Made by a program: the position numbers and the translations under genes. From Camelus dromedarius (lineage: Eukaryota): DNA of 64,000 nt. The notes below the pieces were generated by a model. That model was not told the DNA's origin, did no database searches, and saw only the letters and a program-made list of their open reading frames with translations. Below, piece by piece: positions 41,493 to 53,625 of the stretch. The DNA lies in contig NC_087436.1 in NCBI RefSeq assembly GCF_036321535.1, forward strand, positions 21,082,001 to 21,146,000. Reading direction: 5' to 3'. Every line of letters starts with the position of its first letter. Position 1 is the stretch's first letter.

Positions 41493-43538
41493 GTATGTAG
41501 TTCCTATTGATACGATCTATTAACCAGGATGGGTTCCGGGTCCATTTCAGGCCTTTTTACCTCCCCCAGTCTCCATAAGCCACTGGACATGTTCATACCA
41601 TTTAAGATTTAAAGCTAGGTAAATCATCTCAAGGCAGTAATTCTTCCTTTGTTTGTAGGATTTTTGAAAAGGGATATGGAAAATTGAAATAGACAGAACT
41701 TTGCCAGCCTTCCTTTAACAAATGCCCAAGTCCTCCTCGTTAGTTCTCTGCACACTCAATATGGCACAGCTTTGCCCCAAAATGGGCTCATTCCAGGCCC
41801 ACCATCTTCTCACAGTTTTCTGGAAGCTCCCTACCAGATCAGGTGGGGACCTCATATATCCCTTGCCCTAGATGTGGCCTCTGAGAACCAGCCAACTCAT
41901 TAATTTTAGCACGTGTTCCACAAAGTTCTGTTAGAGTTGTGCATCATATTCTTGAATTCATCAGTTCGTTCCGCTCACTGATTGGTTCATTCATTCAGCA
42001 AGTATCTCCCCAGGGAAATTAAAAAGGAAAAAAAAAGAAACTTTAGCCAGTGATTGTGCTATGTGCTCCCCCTTTCTGGGAAAGTAGAACAATGGTCCTT
42101 AAAAGAAGATTTTAGCATTCTTATCTGAATTTTAATTAGACACATTGATTATCAAGATAGTTGAAATGATTCAAGTATTGCCCAGAAGTACATGACTTCA
42201 CTCTCAGGAAGTCTTAGGAAAATGCTACAAGGATCTACGAAGAATCCTCTGTATTAACGTGCCCCAAACTGCATAACAGAAAGCTGTAATATAATAGAAT
42301 TTCTACAACAGAATTATAAAACTTTTCATGGACCAAATAAGCCTAAAAAACTTTTCAAATAACTCCCCTGTTTTGAAGCATCATAATTCACCTTCGCATA
42401 CAAGGTTTCTGAGAAACCCTCCTATAAAGAAACCTGTTTAACTATTTAACCAGTTTTCCCAAACTAGACTATAGACCTTTTTTTTTTTTAAAATTTGTTG
42501 TCCCCAGAGAATATCCTTTAAAATTTCTGATTTTCTTGAAACACAATTTGAGAAATACTGTTCTTTGGGTTTTGCTCTCCAGCAGACAAAAATAGAAAAC
42601 ACAGCCCTCACCACCCAACGGACTAGGTATCTGATCCATTTTGTTGATAACAACACTTAGACCCATGAATCCATCAGGAAAGCCAGATGTGAGGGCACAT
42701 GGCAAAAACAGTAAGAGTTCTGAGGTAAGAAAGTGGAGAGATCACCATCATTCTAAGCAGTGAAGCCTTTTGGAGGAGGCAGGATTTGAGCTAGTCTTCA
42801 AGAATACAGTGGGCTTTGGATGTGTAGATAGATGCAAACAGATCTTCCAGAATGAGAAAATAGAGCATGTGACTGAATAACTTCATCCTAATGTATCTAT
42901 TTTTTTCAAGGCAGTAATAACTTTAATTTACTTTTAGCTTCTTCCCCGATGACAACCTTTTGAATCGAGAGATGTGCAGACAGTAGACTACCATAGCAGA
43001 GCGAAGTGGCAGAAAGAAAATTATCACTGGTCTTCCTCCTCCGTAACTTGGGACCGGTATTTTCCTAGAGACTGACAGCAGTACTCGTTGGAACCAATTT
43101 AGTCAGGAAAAGAAAGAAGAAAAAGATTTAACGTATGATAACTAGATAATTCAATGTTGAATCTGGGTTATTACTTAGTAATAGTTCCAAAAGAAGAAAG
43201 GACAGCCTCCTACAATATTTTTCCTTCTTGCTTCCATCACCAAGAGGGGGAATCTTTGTGTATAGATGATGTGGAGGAGAGCTCTGAGAGTCTCCACTTG
43301 ACTGTGAGTAGGAACAACCTACCTCAAAGTTTTATTTTTTAAACCAACACATATATTTTAACTACAGAATGCATGCTTAATGAAAAGCCTTGGAAAACAC
43401 TGGAAAGTCCAAAGAAAAATAGTGCATGTAATTCCATCAACAAGAGATGACCAGTATTCCTACTCATATTTTGGTGACTGCTCTGATGATGTACCGTTAT
43501 CCAAACTGCATAGCAGAGAACAGTAATATAAGAGAAGT

Positions 43539-43587
43539 ACACACACACACACACACACACATACACGCACGTACATACGTACACACG
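43539..43587. repeat. (CA)n microsatellite with a degenerate tail
   Basis: Directly visible. Confidence 0.9.
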
Positions 43588-44123
43588 TAAATGTCAGTGG
43601 GAATATCATTTTAAGAATTAAGGGTAGGATGACTATCTTATTTTTCTCAGCATATTAAGTAGTCAGCCCTGTATCTTACACATGGTATCTGCTCAATAAA
43701 TGTTGAATCAAATGTTTGTTAAATAAAGCAGGAAAAATATTTTTATGGTAATGAATTAGATTATCTGATTGTTAAAAGCATTAAAAAAAAATAAAGGTAA
43801 AAGAAGGGCAGAAATTTGTGAACTTCATTTAGAAGACCTAAAATGTGACCTCAAAAAAAAAAAAAGGCAACAAAATTCTGTGATTTCTCTTTCCATTTTA
43901 GTGCTAGATAATCTTTCCAAAGGGGTCTCCTAAACTCAATTCCACTGCCTCTCCAGTTCCACTTAATGATAAATATTTCCTATTCTTACTGTATTTCATA
44001 TAGTTAATCATATTGGAAAATATAGGGGTCAAAGATTATGTACATTTCCACTTGGATAAAATATCACCAGTATTGCCAGTCAAATTGAAGTCTTGCAGAA
44101 AAATCTTCTTCCATCTTTCCTAG

Positions 44124-44249
44124 AATCAACAGTTTATATTCCAGAGGCAGAATACAAAATAGAGGAGGACATCGGGGAGCTTTTGATTCCTGTAAGACGG
44201 TCGGGAGATGCAAGCCAAGAACTCACAGTCATTTGCTCTACACATCGAG
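44124..44249 (+). CDS. FREM3: FREM3 internal exon (probably exon 5), 126 nt, start of Calx-beta domain 2
   Basis: Not in the ORF track. Acceptor tcttcttccatctttcctag, donor G|gtatga. Reads (E)[41 protein letters not shown](G), closer to FREM3 than to FREM2 (EPTVFIPQSKYSVEEDVGELF) as I recall those proteins. Confidence 0.93.
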
Positions 44250-44834
44250 GTATGAGGCTTTGCTGGTACTGATATCCAGGAATAGGGTCTTAGTACAGGA
44301 CCGCGGTGATGCTGGAGGTGGCTGGGTGGTGACCTCTGCTCCTTGACTCCATGCAACACTGTGTGGGTGCCCTAACTGCTCTGAGCTGATCTCCACCAGG
44401 GATAAAATTATACTCAAAACTGGAATTCAAAACCTCTGTTGTGACTATACACAAAATTTTGTGAGGGTCAAATTAGACATTTTATATAAAATAGTGTATA
44501 TATGCTGGTAGAAAGTATAAATAAGGATTCTTAAATTTTAATAGTCATCATTGCATAAAGGAAACAACATGAAATGGTCTGTATACACCACTCAGTCGCT
44601 CTTCTTCGCCTCCCTCCACCCCTCCAACAACTAAAAATCCTCCCCAATCACAGGCCCAGCTGTCCTCACAACTCAAAACAAGCCATTCTTTCTGACCTTG
44701 CCATTCTGTACAGTCAAAATTTAGCTCTCCTGTGTCCACTCATATCTTCTAACTCATTAGAACTATGTAATAGACAAAAATGATGGAACTATATGAAAAC
44801 CATCCAAATGAGAGCAAGAATAGGCTATAAAAGT

Positions 44835-45645
44835 AAACTACACTCTTCTACACTCACACCAGCATCTCACTTCTGACAGCAGACCTGTGCAGGTTTTCCC
44901 CACACTAAGCAATTCTCCAGTTTCTGCAGATATCCAACTAGATGTCCTGAAACTCTATTCAACTCTGACACGATCTACCTGGAGATAACACAGAGCCCAC
45001 ATGTTACGGGCTCTGTCCCACAAGACCGCCCCCACTTCAGATGCCAATAGCAAGTACAGGTTGTCACCTGTGCTTCTGATCAACAGGGTATAAACTGGAG
45101 GTTCCCACCACCCCCTCTTTGGATTCGATAATTTTCTAAAACAGCTAACATGACTTGGGAAAACAGTTTACTTACTAGATTACAAGTCTATTACAAAGGA
45201 TACAACCCAGGAACAGCCAGATGAAAGAGATGTGTAAGCTAAGGTCTGCTGGAAGGGACACAGAACCACCATGCGCTCTCTGGGCACTCATCCTCCCGGC
45301 ACCTCCATGTGTGCAGCAACCTGGAAGCTCTCTGAGCTCCTTTGGCTGGAATTTTTTTTATGGAGGCTTCATTACGGAGGCATGATTGATGAATTCATTG
45401 GCCTTTGGTGATTAACTCAACCTCCAGCCCCTCTCCTGTGCCTGGAGGCTAGGGAGTGGGGCTAAAAATTCCTACCCTTTAATCACCTGGTTGGTTTCCC
45501 TGGCAACCAGTCCCCATCCAGAGGCTCTCCAGGAGCCCCAGCACAGTCATCTCATTAGAATACAAAACAACCCATCGCTTTAAAGTCTCTAAGGGTTTTA
45601 GGAGCTGTGCGCCAGGAAATGGAGATGACCAAATGTGTATTACTT
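44835..45645 (-). mobile_element. MER21-like solo LTR, reverse orientation
   Basis: Reverse-complement homology to 22108-23045, e.g. ccccacttcagatgcca vs tggcatctgaagtgggg and aggaacagccagatgaaagaga vs tctcttccatctggctgttcct. Confidence 0.8.
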
Positions 45646-45649
45646 ATGT

Positions 45650-46050
45650 CCAAGGCTAATTTATTCAGAGCTCACAGTAGCAGGAGGGTCAGCCACCATC
45701 TCTAGCATTCAGCAGAGACTCAAAGGCAGGCAGAGGAGTGAAAAGCTTTATAGTGAAAAAAAAGGGGAGTCTTCAAGATAAACCCTGATTGGAGGCTGTC
45801 AGCTTGGGAAGCTGGATGCACTCTGTGTAACTGATTAGGGGAGCATGTTTGGCTTTCTCTAGTTGGTCCCAAATTGGAAGCTGGGGCAGAAATTAGAGGA
45901 ACTGGGAATTGTTAAGTCCTGACCAATTGGGGCCGATTGTTAACAGCAGTTGTGGTTTGACTTCCTACACTAGTTGCTGCAGATTGTAGGTCAGAGTTCT
46001 ATTTTTATGCATGGTCTGACCACTCTCCTTTCGTATATCCAGTCTGTTGA
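45650..46050 (-). mobile_element. ERV1-class LTR (MER89/MER90/MER110-like)
   Basis: The reverse strand starts ...agactggatatacga...tggtcagaccatgcataaaaatagaactctgacctacaatctgcagcaac, matching this LTR group as recalled. aataaa near the far end (tttatt at about 45660). Confidence 0.65.
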
Positions 46051-46130
46051 AATCTCTGCTCACACTTGCTAAACATCTGACAATGCACAACCCCCCCAGT
46101 AAAAAATTATCTGTTCAAAATATCAGCTTC

Positions 46131-46807
46131 GGGGGTGGGTACAGCTCAGTGGTGGAGTGCATGCTTAGTGTGCACGAGTCCTGGGTTCCATCCCCAGTGC
46201 CTCTGTTACCCCAGAAGGGGAAGGCCTCGGTTCTTGTCTTGCCAGAGAAGAGAAGAATTCAGATGGGAGACAAAAGCATTGTGTAGTTTAAAATTCTTAA
46301 GATTTTATTAGCAAAGCAAAAGTATATGTCCAAGAGCGGAAGACAGGCTGATCCAAGAGAGGATGGCAGCTCCGGTCTTTGTCACTCTGTCTTATACCTT
46401 CCTTTAGGGACGATCTCTTAATTGATTGATGGCTCTTGCCCCTGGATTGCTTAGTCATGTCCAACCTCCTTACCCATCATGCACACAGAAAAATCCACAG
46501 TGGGTGGGGAGTGTTCCTAAGCCACAGTGCTAATTATATTACAGTGAGTATTGGATCATGTCCAGTTAGGTCCTTGTCACTACCGTGCAGTTGCAGCCAT
46601 CTGGTCCCAGCTGGTTTCTTGCTGGCACTCATTCAGAGAAAGTAAAGCCCCTTATGCTGAAGGCGGGCATATCACCATCTTCCAGACCTTCCTCCCTGTC
46701 CTCCACCTTATCAGCCCAGTGCCCCCACTTATCTAACTACCTAACACCTTCATTTGAAAAATAGAAAAAAAGAAAATATAAGTCAATTTTTAAAAAACAA
46801 AAAAATC
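46131..46807 (+). mobile_element. Vic-1-like SINE interrupted by an LTR
   Basis: Head at 46131-46203 and tail at 46747-46807. 12-bp TSD tcaaaatatcag at 46115-46126 and 46808-46819. Confidence 0.85.
46204..46746 (-). mobile_element. ERV solo LTR, 543 bp
   Basis: Inverted termini TGTTA...TAACA and a 4-bp TSD cctc/cctt. Minus-strand AATAAA about 100 bp from the 3' end (tttatt at about 46304). Confidence 0.85.
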
Positions 46808-47719
46808 TCAAAATATCAGTAGTGCCAAAGTTGAGAAGAGGAAAAAGAATAAATTCTCTGCCTCAGAGGACAGGGGATTTGGCAGTAAGCACACAACTTA
46901 TTCTGAGATACTCGAAACCAACTACAAGGACAAGGCTTTCCAGCACAGCTTCAAGATCTTCCTGTTTGTGTTTGGTTGTATGTTTAGAGTCGGACAGCCC
47001 AGTAACCTGTCCTTTAACTAAGGCTCCCTTCTTGAAGGCATCAGATACCGCCAGCTACATGTAACTTCAGCAGTTCCTAAGTTTTACCGTGGTGTTACCT
47101 CGTGTGGGAAAAGCAACAAGAAGAAATAACACAGCAAGGCAGTCCTTTGGGTCTTCTTTGTCAGCTGATCCCTGGGAGGACGTCCCAGCACTCTGTTCCA
47201 GGTCCACTCAGGGCTCTAGCTGGGGTCTTACAAAGAATGAGGGTTCACAGGGCAGTGGCTGCAGGTGGGCAGAGCAGCTGTTGGAGGAAGGACCCTCTTC
47301 ATCTGCCCTAGGGTTCCAGCTGGGCTGCTTCCGGGACTGGTGGCATATTCCCTGTCCACAAGCGGAGCGTCTGGAAGACAATGATTCTAGGTCTCTTAGA
47401 TGTGAGTAGGAGAAATGAAGTGGAAAATGGCCCAACTTGGAAGATAATGTATAATTAATAAATAGAAAGGGGCCATCCTTCTGCCTCTGGAAAGAGCTAC
47501 ACTGTGAAAGGACAAGCAGAGGGAACCGGGGAAGTGCACAGTGTCTGGCAGCAAACCAGCCAGGATACAGGGATGCCTCCTCCCCAGAAGGTTGAAGCTA
47601 CACCCCAGCTGAGCTTCCCATAAGGGGTTCAGGTTCAAGGGCTGGTGTTCCCGGAAAGCTCCCTGTGTCCCTGGCACACAACTCAGACTCTTTGGCACCT
47701 GAGCTTTAACCCTTGATTC

Positions 47720-47762
47720 CTCACACAAAGGACTATTCTCACACAAAGGACTATTCTCACAC
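47720..47762. repeat. 18-bp tandem duplication (ctcacacaaaggactatt, about 2.4 copies)
   Basis: Directly visible; the copies are identical. Confidence 0.95.
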
Positions 47763-50158
47763 CTGCAATAAAAATAAAGGAGAGAGAGAATATGACGGGG
47801 TCAGGGTCCTTCCCTGGAGCACGAAGCCACGGTGTGCACACTCCAATCCTGATTCTCGTACACCTCTGTAGAATTGTAAGACAGAGAGCACTTGTACAAT
47901 TTTAATGCACACTCAAGCATCATTATGGCATCTGTCTTTACCTACTCCCCTCAGACAATTAAATATCTCAGAGGATAAATTCAATTTGGTTATTTAAACT
48001 TTTCTGCAAGCCTTGTTAAAACAAATGTCTACCGATTATGCATTTTCATGAATAAAATAAACATGACTCATGTATAAACAGTTGAATGGAAAGCAGACTC
48101 ACGCTCTATATATTAATAGTGATTCACAGATACAACCGTGTAATAATACACTTGCAAGCAGATGAAAGAGGCAGATTTATGCTGCGTTTTCATGGGAATC
48201 GGAAGGTCCCCAAATGTATTCTCAGACAATGATGTGGAAGTATTGTATTTTAAAGAAAAAATTGGGAGAAGAAGAAGAGCTGAAGGAATAAACTCTCTAT
48301 CATTGGCTGAGAACTATTGCTCTAAATTGTTTTAATCTCCAGGATATATTGGAGAAGGATGTGCAAATTACACAGTTTTGGGCCCTGTTTTATTCTCAAG
48401 ATAATCATCTTTTTCTTTTCAATAGTCACTTTCTCGTTGGGAAATTGCTCGTCTTGGAAAAATAGCCAATGAAGAACAAGCCACTAGAACCTAAACCCAA
48501 TAAAACAGAAACAGTATTGAATCATCCTGTGGGTTTGTTTTTTTTTTTCACCCGGTGGTTTTGGTCAGTGCAAAGTCAGATATGTTGAGGTTTTTAAAAC
48601 AATCAACTTTATCCAGTTGAAGGGACTGTGGTAAACCACAGCCATGGACCACCCCACGTCTGTGATTAGGTTGTTTCTCTGGGTCAAGTTAGGAGGAGGT
48701 AGAAAGCAGGTTCCAAGCACATCCAGGCAAAAGACTTTCTCCTTTGCCTAAAAAAAAAGAATCTGTTTTTATTTATTTAGGTATCAGTGTTTTTATAGGT
48801 TTTAGAAGTTATACCTTGCATCTCAAAGGGGTTCTTTGGATGATTTAGAAGTCCCTTGACTGAAGGTCTGCCAAGGGTTAATCCTTAGTTTTTTGTTTAT
48901 CAGAACGTGTCTTCACTTCAACCTCAGTCGTGAAATTCTAGGTGGACGGTTACTTTCTCCCAGCATTTTGGAGTTATTATTCCATTGCCTTCTGCCTCCC
49001 ATTGTCTTGCTAAAAAGTCTGCTTTTGGTCTAAAAGTCGTCTTCGTTGTGATCTATCTTTTCTATGCATTTTAAGATCCTCTTAAAATTATCTGAATCTG
49101 TGAAAGACCTGGGAGCTTTACTTGAAGATGTTTTCCTCCAAGGCAGATTTGCGTGGCTTATCCAGGGATCTGAGAGCAGTGCTGACCCAGAAATACTCCT
49201 ACTCCCATGCGTCCCAGGCCAGATCGCAGAGTTTCAGATTCATCTCCCTGGTGGTGCCATAGGTCCGTGGCCCAGTCTCCCCTGTAGTGCTGATTCTGAA
49301 TCCCAGCTTGAGTGGGAATCTCTTCTCTAGCTGTAGTGTTTTGGAGTTTGGGGTTTTAAGGTGTTCTTTTTGGTTTTGCTTGGTTTTGGCCCTTGATGAT
49401 TTCCCTTACCTCCTGTGAGCACAGAAAAGCCAGAATAATTATTTCTTCTAGATGTTTTGCTGTGGGAGAGCATCTCAGAATACCTAGCCAGCCAAACTGC
49501 TGGGAACAGATGTCCCAGACGACTCTAGACAGAAGCTCCCATGCTGCTCCAGCCCTGTTTCTCCTTTCTCCACTTCTCTCCACTGACTCCCGCACCTCCC
49601 CCAAGTCAAGGACCCCCCTGAGCATGAAATGAACTGTGCCTGGGGCTTCTGACACTGCCTACTCTGACCAGGAGTTTGATGCGATGTTTTTTACAGAAAG
49701 GCAGTATCTTGTCTTGCTGCCGTATTAAAAATATACATTAAAGGAAATTTGTCTATTTAAAAGAATTTGTAATTGAGTAATACAATAAAGACAACATGGG
49801 GAAGTTAAAAAATGCTCTGTTGGGAGATGGAACTTTGACTCCTAGACAAGACACTGGGGTGTTCTCTGCCTCGATTTCCTCATTGATAAAGTATCCTAGC
49901 CACCTCATAAAGTTATCAAATGCCGTGCTATAGTGATTCAGTCACCCTTTAATGTGGTTTCTTGAGAGATCTTTCTCTCTGACTCTAAGCATCATTTATG
50001 GTTTTTATAGAGCAAGTGTACTATGTAGCCGCAGAGACTGAGCCATAGGCACCCTCTGTAAAGCAACAATTAATTTTTAAAATAATTTCATAGATTCTCA
50101 GACTCCCTGTCTGAGATGGGCATGGAGGGGAAGCCTATGCTGCTGTCATCATGGATGG

Positions 50159-50362
50159 AGTGGCATGCTGGATCCAGCCAGTACTCCTCACGAGAGCCAG
50201 TTGTGTGCATCTCTTCCCAACTCTGGGTTCAGTAACTTCACATTGATAGTGAAACTGGCCATGGTGGGAATATTTACATGACAAAAATCAGCCAAAGCTA
50301 CAAATCAGGGATTTTGTGTGGCTTTCTGGTTTGTTTCTTAAACATTTAGCAGCATACCACCA
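50159..50362 (+). mobile_element. MER63-like hAT MITE
   Basis: agtggcatgctggatccagcc...cgagagccagttgtgtgcatctcttcccaactc...ggccatggtgggaatatttaca...aaacatttagcagcataccac. Confidence 0.78.
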
Positions 50363-50914
50363 TGTTAGTCTGAAATGAATTCTTTGGTTTTAACGTTAAT
50401 TTTAGAGAATTAAACCCCTCCTCAGTAAGACGGTTCATCCTGCCCCATAATCTACCCCTGCAAACGACGAGGGACGTAGAGTCAGTGCCTTCTGAGCAAA
50501 TCCTCAGGAGTCACTTTGGAAATAATTCTCATTTTTAAACAAGCTATATTTATACAGGCGGCACACACTCACAGATGACAATCTGTATTTGTGTTGATTC
50601 TATTAGCAAGAAGAAGGTGGACGTCGGTGTTCGCATGCATATATGCACGTACCATAGCTATAAGCAAAAGAGACCCTTGCTGGACCTAGAGTGTCTGACC
50701 TAGGAGCTCACTGTCGTACCCGCAGTTGCGTTTTACTAAGGAGAAGTGTGGTGGGAAACACTTAGGATTTTCGAAAATTACTTATTTGGTGTATTGAGTT
50801 ACTGCACAAAATCTCTGTGTCCTAAGTCTGGTCTGTCTGGGTCTTTTCAATCGCTGTGGCTACTTCTTGCTCTTTCAGCTCTAAACCTGTGCATTGCTAC
50901 GTTTTTAATACTGC

Positions 50915-51735
50915 AAGGGAAATGCACTTACACTGCTGATGGGCTTGTGAGATGGTACAGCTGCTGTGGGAAACAGTATAGCAGATCCTCAAGAAACTAC
51001 AAATAGAATTACCATATGGTCCAACATATATCCCACATCTGGGTATATATCCAAAAGAATTAGAAGCAGGGTCTCAGAGAGATATTTGCACACCCCTGTT
51101 CATAGCAGCATTATTCACAGTAACCAACAGGTGAAACAACCGACATATTCATGGCTGGTTGAATGGATAAACAAGATGTGGTGTGTCCATACAATAAAAT
51201 AGTATTTATTCAGCCTTAAGAAAAGAAGGAAAGTCTGACACATGCTACATTGAGGATGTGTAGGTAGCATGAGTCAGAATTTGAGGACATTATGCTACGT
51301 GAAATAATAAGCCAGTCACAAAAAGACAAATACTGTATAATTCCACTTTTACCCAGTACCTACAGTAGACAAGTTCATAGAGACAGAAAGTAAAACGATG
51401 GTGTCCAGAGACTGGGGTGAGGAGGAAATAGGGAGTTGTTTAATGGGTACAGAGTTTCAGTTTTGCAAGATGGAAAAGTTCTGGAGATGTTTCACAATAA
51501 TGTGAATAGGCAACCCTACTGAACTGTACACCTAAAAATAGTTAAGCTGGTAGGGGAGGGTATAGCTCAGTGGTAGAGCACGTTCCTAACATGCACAAGG
51601 TCTGGGTTCAATCCCCAGTGCCTCTGTTAAAATAAACAAACAAACCTAATCACCTCCCCCCAAAAATAAAAATAAAAATAAATTTAAAAAAAATAGTCAG
51701 GATGGTAAATTTTAGATTATGTTCATTTCCCACAA
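50915..51735 (+). mobile_element. Old L1 (L1MA/L1MB) 3' end carrying a SINE insertion
   Basis: tacactgctgatggg...gatatttgcacacccctgttcatagcagcattattcacag...gtacagagtttcagttttgcaagatggaaaagttctggagat. Confidence 0.85.
51553..51688 (+). mobile_element. Vic-1-like SINE
   Basis: ggggagggtatagctcagtggtagagcacgttcctaacatgcacaaggtctgggttcaatccccagtgcctc. Degenerate TSD aaaaatagttaagctggta / aaaaatagtcaggatggta. Confidence 0.88.
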
Positions 51736-51749
51736 GGAAAACAAGTCAC

Positions 51750-52275
51750 TAAATCCCAGAAACCCCTCCTCTAAGTATTTACTCAAGAGAAATAAAATGA
51801 TACATCTACTCAAAGACCTGTGCTTGAATATTTATAGCAGCATTATTCAGAATCACCAAAAACTGGAAGCAACCCAGATTTTCAACTGGTAAATGGGAAA
51901 ACAAATTCTGGTGCAGCCACACAATGAGGAGCACTGTTTAGGAACAAAAAAGAAGAAAATCCTGATGTATCAATACATCTTCAACACATAGTGCTAAATG
52001 AAAGGAATCAGGCACAAAAGACTGAAAACCGCATGGTTTCATTTCCATGAAATTGTCATAAAGGCAAGTAAATCTATAGTGACAGAAAATGGACGAGTGG
52101 TTTCCCGGGCTGGGAGACAGGGAAGGAGAGATTACAAGGGGTACACATTAACTTTGGTCAGTGGGTAAAATGCTCTACATTATGCTTGTGGTCATGGTTA
52201 CATGACTGCATATATTTGTCAAAACTCATCAAATGGTGCATTTAAATTGGGGAATCTTAATGTGTAAATTATTAT
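51750..52275 (+). mobile_element. Older L1 (L1MC/L1ME-like) 3' fragment
   Basis: tatttactcaagagaaataaaa...atttatagcagcattattc...ccaaaaactggaagcaacccaga...tatatttgtcaaaactcatc. Confidence 0.72.
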
Positions 52276-52588
52276 TACAGAATTTTAAGTGTACTGCATC
52301 TAAACTAAAATTGATCAATCCTGTACTCCTTGTAAAATAAGTAATTTTGTGGCTGTATTTTGGTGTCATGTGAAGAACTCTAGGCAAGATGTGAAGGTCA
52401 GATTACATAGATGGCACTGACAGCTCTGCCACTAAGGGAAGGGCAGGGGCAGGGGATAGATTCTCTGGTTATAATTTTATCTGTACTTCAGTTTTCCAGT
52501 CTATAACAGGAACAAATTAAGTTAAACCAGACCCACCATCCTATGATCCTTCAGCTTATTTAGCCCCTAATCTAAACAAACTTTATGC

Positions 52589-53020
52589 TGGTGCAGCCAT
52601 TGTGGAAAACAGTATGGAAATTTCTCAGAAAACTAAAAATAGACTTACCATATGCTCCAACAGTCCCACTCCAGGCATATATCCAGAGGCAACCTTAATT
52701 CAAAAAGACACCTGCACCCCAATGTTCATAACAGCCCTATTTACAATAGCCAAGACATGGAAACAGCCTAAATGTCCATCAACAGATGACTGGATAAAGA
52801 AGTTGTAGTGGGTGGGTGTGTGGGTGTGGGTGTGGGTGTGGGTGTGTGTGTGTGTGTGTGTGTGTGTGATGGAATACTACTCAGCCATAAAAAATAATAA
52901 AATAATGCTATTTGCAGCAACATGGAGAATGTCATTCTAAGTGAAGTAAGCCAGAAAGAGAAAAAAAAATCACATGATATCACTTATATGTGGAATCTTA
53001 AAAAAAAAAAAAAAAAAGTA
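52589..53020 (+). mobile_element. L1 ORF2-end fragment ending at an A tract
   Basis: ORF 52602..52808 ([35 protein letters not shown]). Flanks aaactttatgc / aaacttatgc. Confidence 0.9.
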
Positions 53021-53125
53021 AAACTTATGCAATATATACCCTATTTAAAGACCACTAACTGTGGATCATGTTAGAACAGCAGGATCTGTTCTTAAAGCCT
53101 TGTAATTATAATATTAATATTTGTG

Positions 53126-53160
53126 ACTGTAAGAGGTAAGTGTGCCTTATAATTCAGATA
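53126..53160 (+). repeat. 35-bp direct repeat, copy 1 (identical copy at 54511-54545)
   Basis: actgtaagaggtaagtgtgccttataattcagata occurs twice, exactly. Confidence 0.95.
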
Positions 53161-53264
53161 GCTCTTATCTAAAAATAGTTTGAAGAAAACTCAGTGGGGA
53201 GTGGGCTTCCTGTTCAGAACTCCATGTCTTCTCACCTTCTCTGTTCCATCTCCTATTTCCATAG

Positions 53265-53516
53265 GTTCTGCCACAGGCACCCTACCTCCCACAGTGTTAT
53301 CTTTCTCTGACTACATCTCACGTCCAAAAGACCACACTAGCATCCTCCATTTTGACAAGGATGAAGTTGAGAACACCTGCCGGGTCCTGATCATCGATGA
53401 CTCCCTCTATGAAGAGGAGGAATCCTTCAGCGTTTCACTGAGCCTGCCAACGGGAGGGCAACTGGGGGCCAGATACCCCACTACCAAGGTGGTTATCCTC
53501 GCTGACCGTGATGATG
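53265..53516 (+). CDS. FREM3: FREM3 internal exon (probably exon 6), 252 nt, second half of Calx-beta domain 2
   Basis: Long pyrimidine tract ending tcctatttccatag, donor G|gtaagt. Reads (G)[83 protein letters not shown], with the acidic Calx-beta motif [13 protein letters not shown]. Confidence 0.95.
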
Positions 53517-53625
53517 GTAAGTCCATTTCCTCCTTTCCATTCTTGGCAATAACTACCTTCTTCTCATACTTTCCCTCAACAGTTGAAAGACAAATCTAGC
53601 TTAAATGATCTTTTAAAGGAATTTT

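Larger units (their letters stand above)
46065..46836 (+). mobile_element. MER20 3' half, split by a SINE insertion
   Basis: tgctaaacatctgacaatgcac...aaattatctgttcaaaatatcag [insert] tcaaaatatcagtagtgccaaagttgagaa; compare the intact MER20 at 33800-33890. Confidence 0.75.

Noticed and set aside
105..53516. Assignment to FREM2, FREM1 or FRAS1
   Set aside because: FREM1 has a single Calx-beta domain. Diagnostic residues ([34 protein letters not shown]) fit FREM3 better than FREM2 as recalled; not confirmed by a search.
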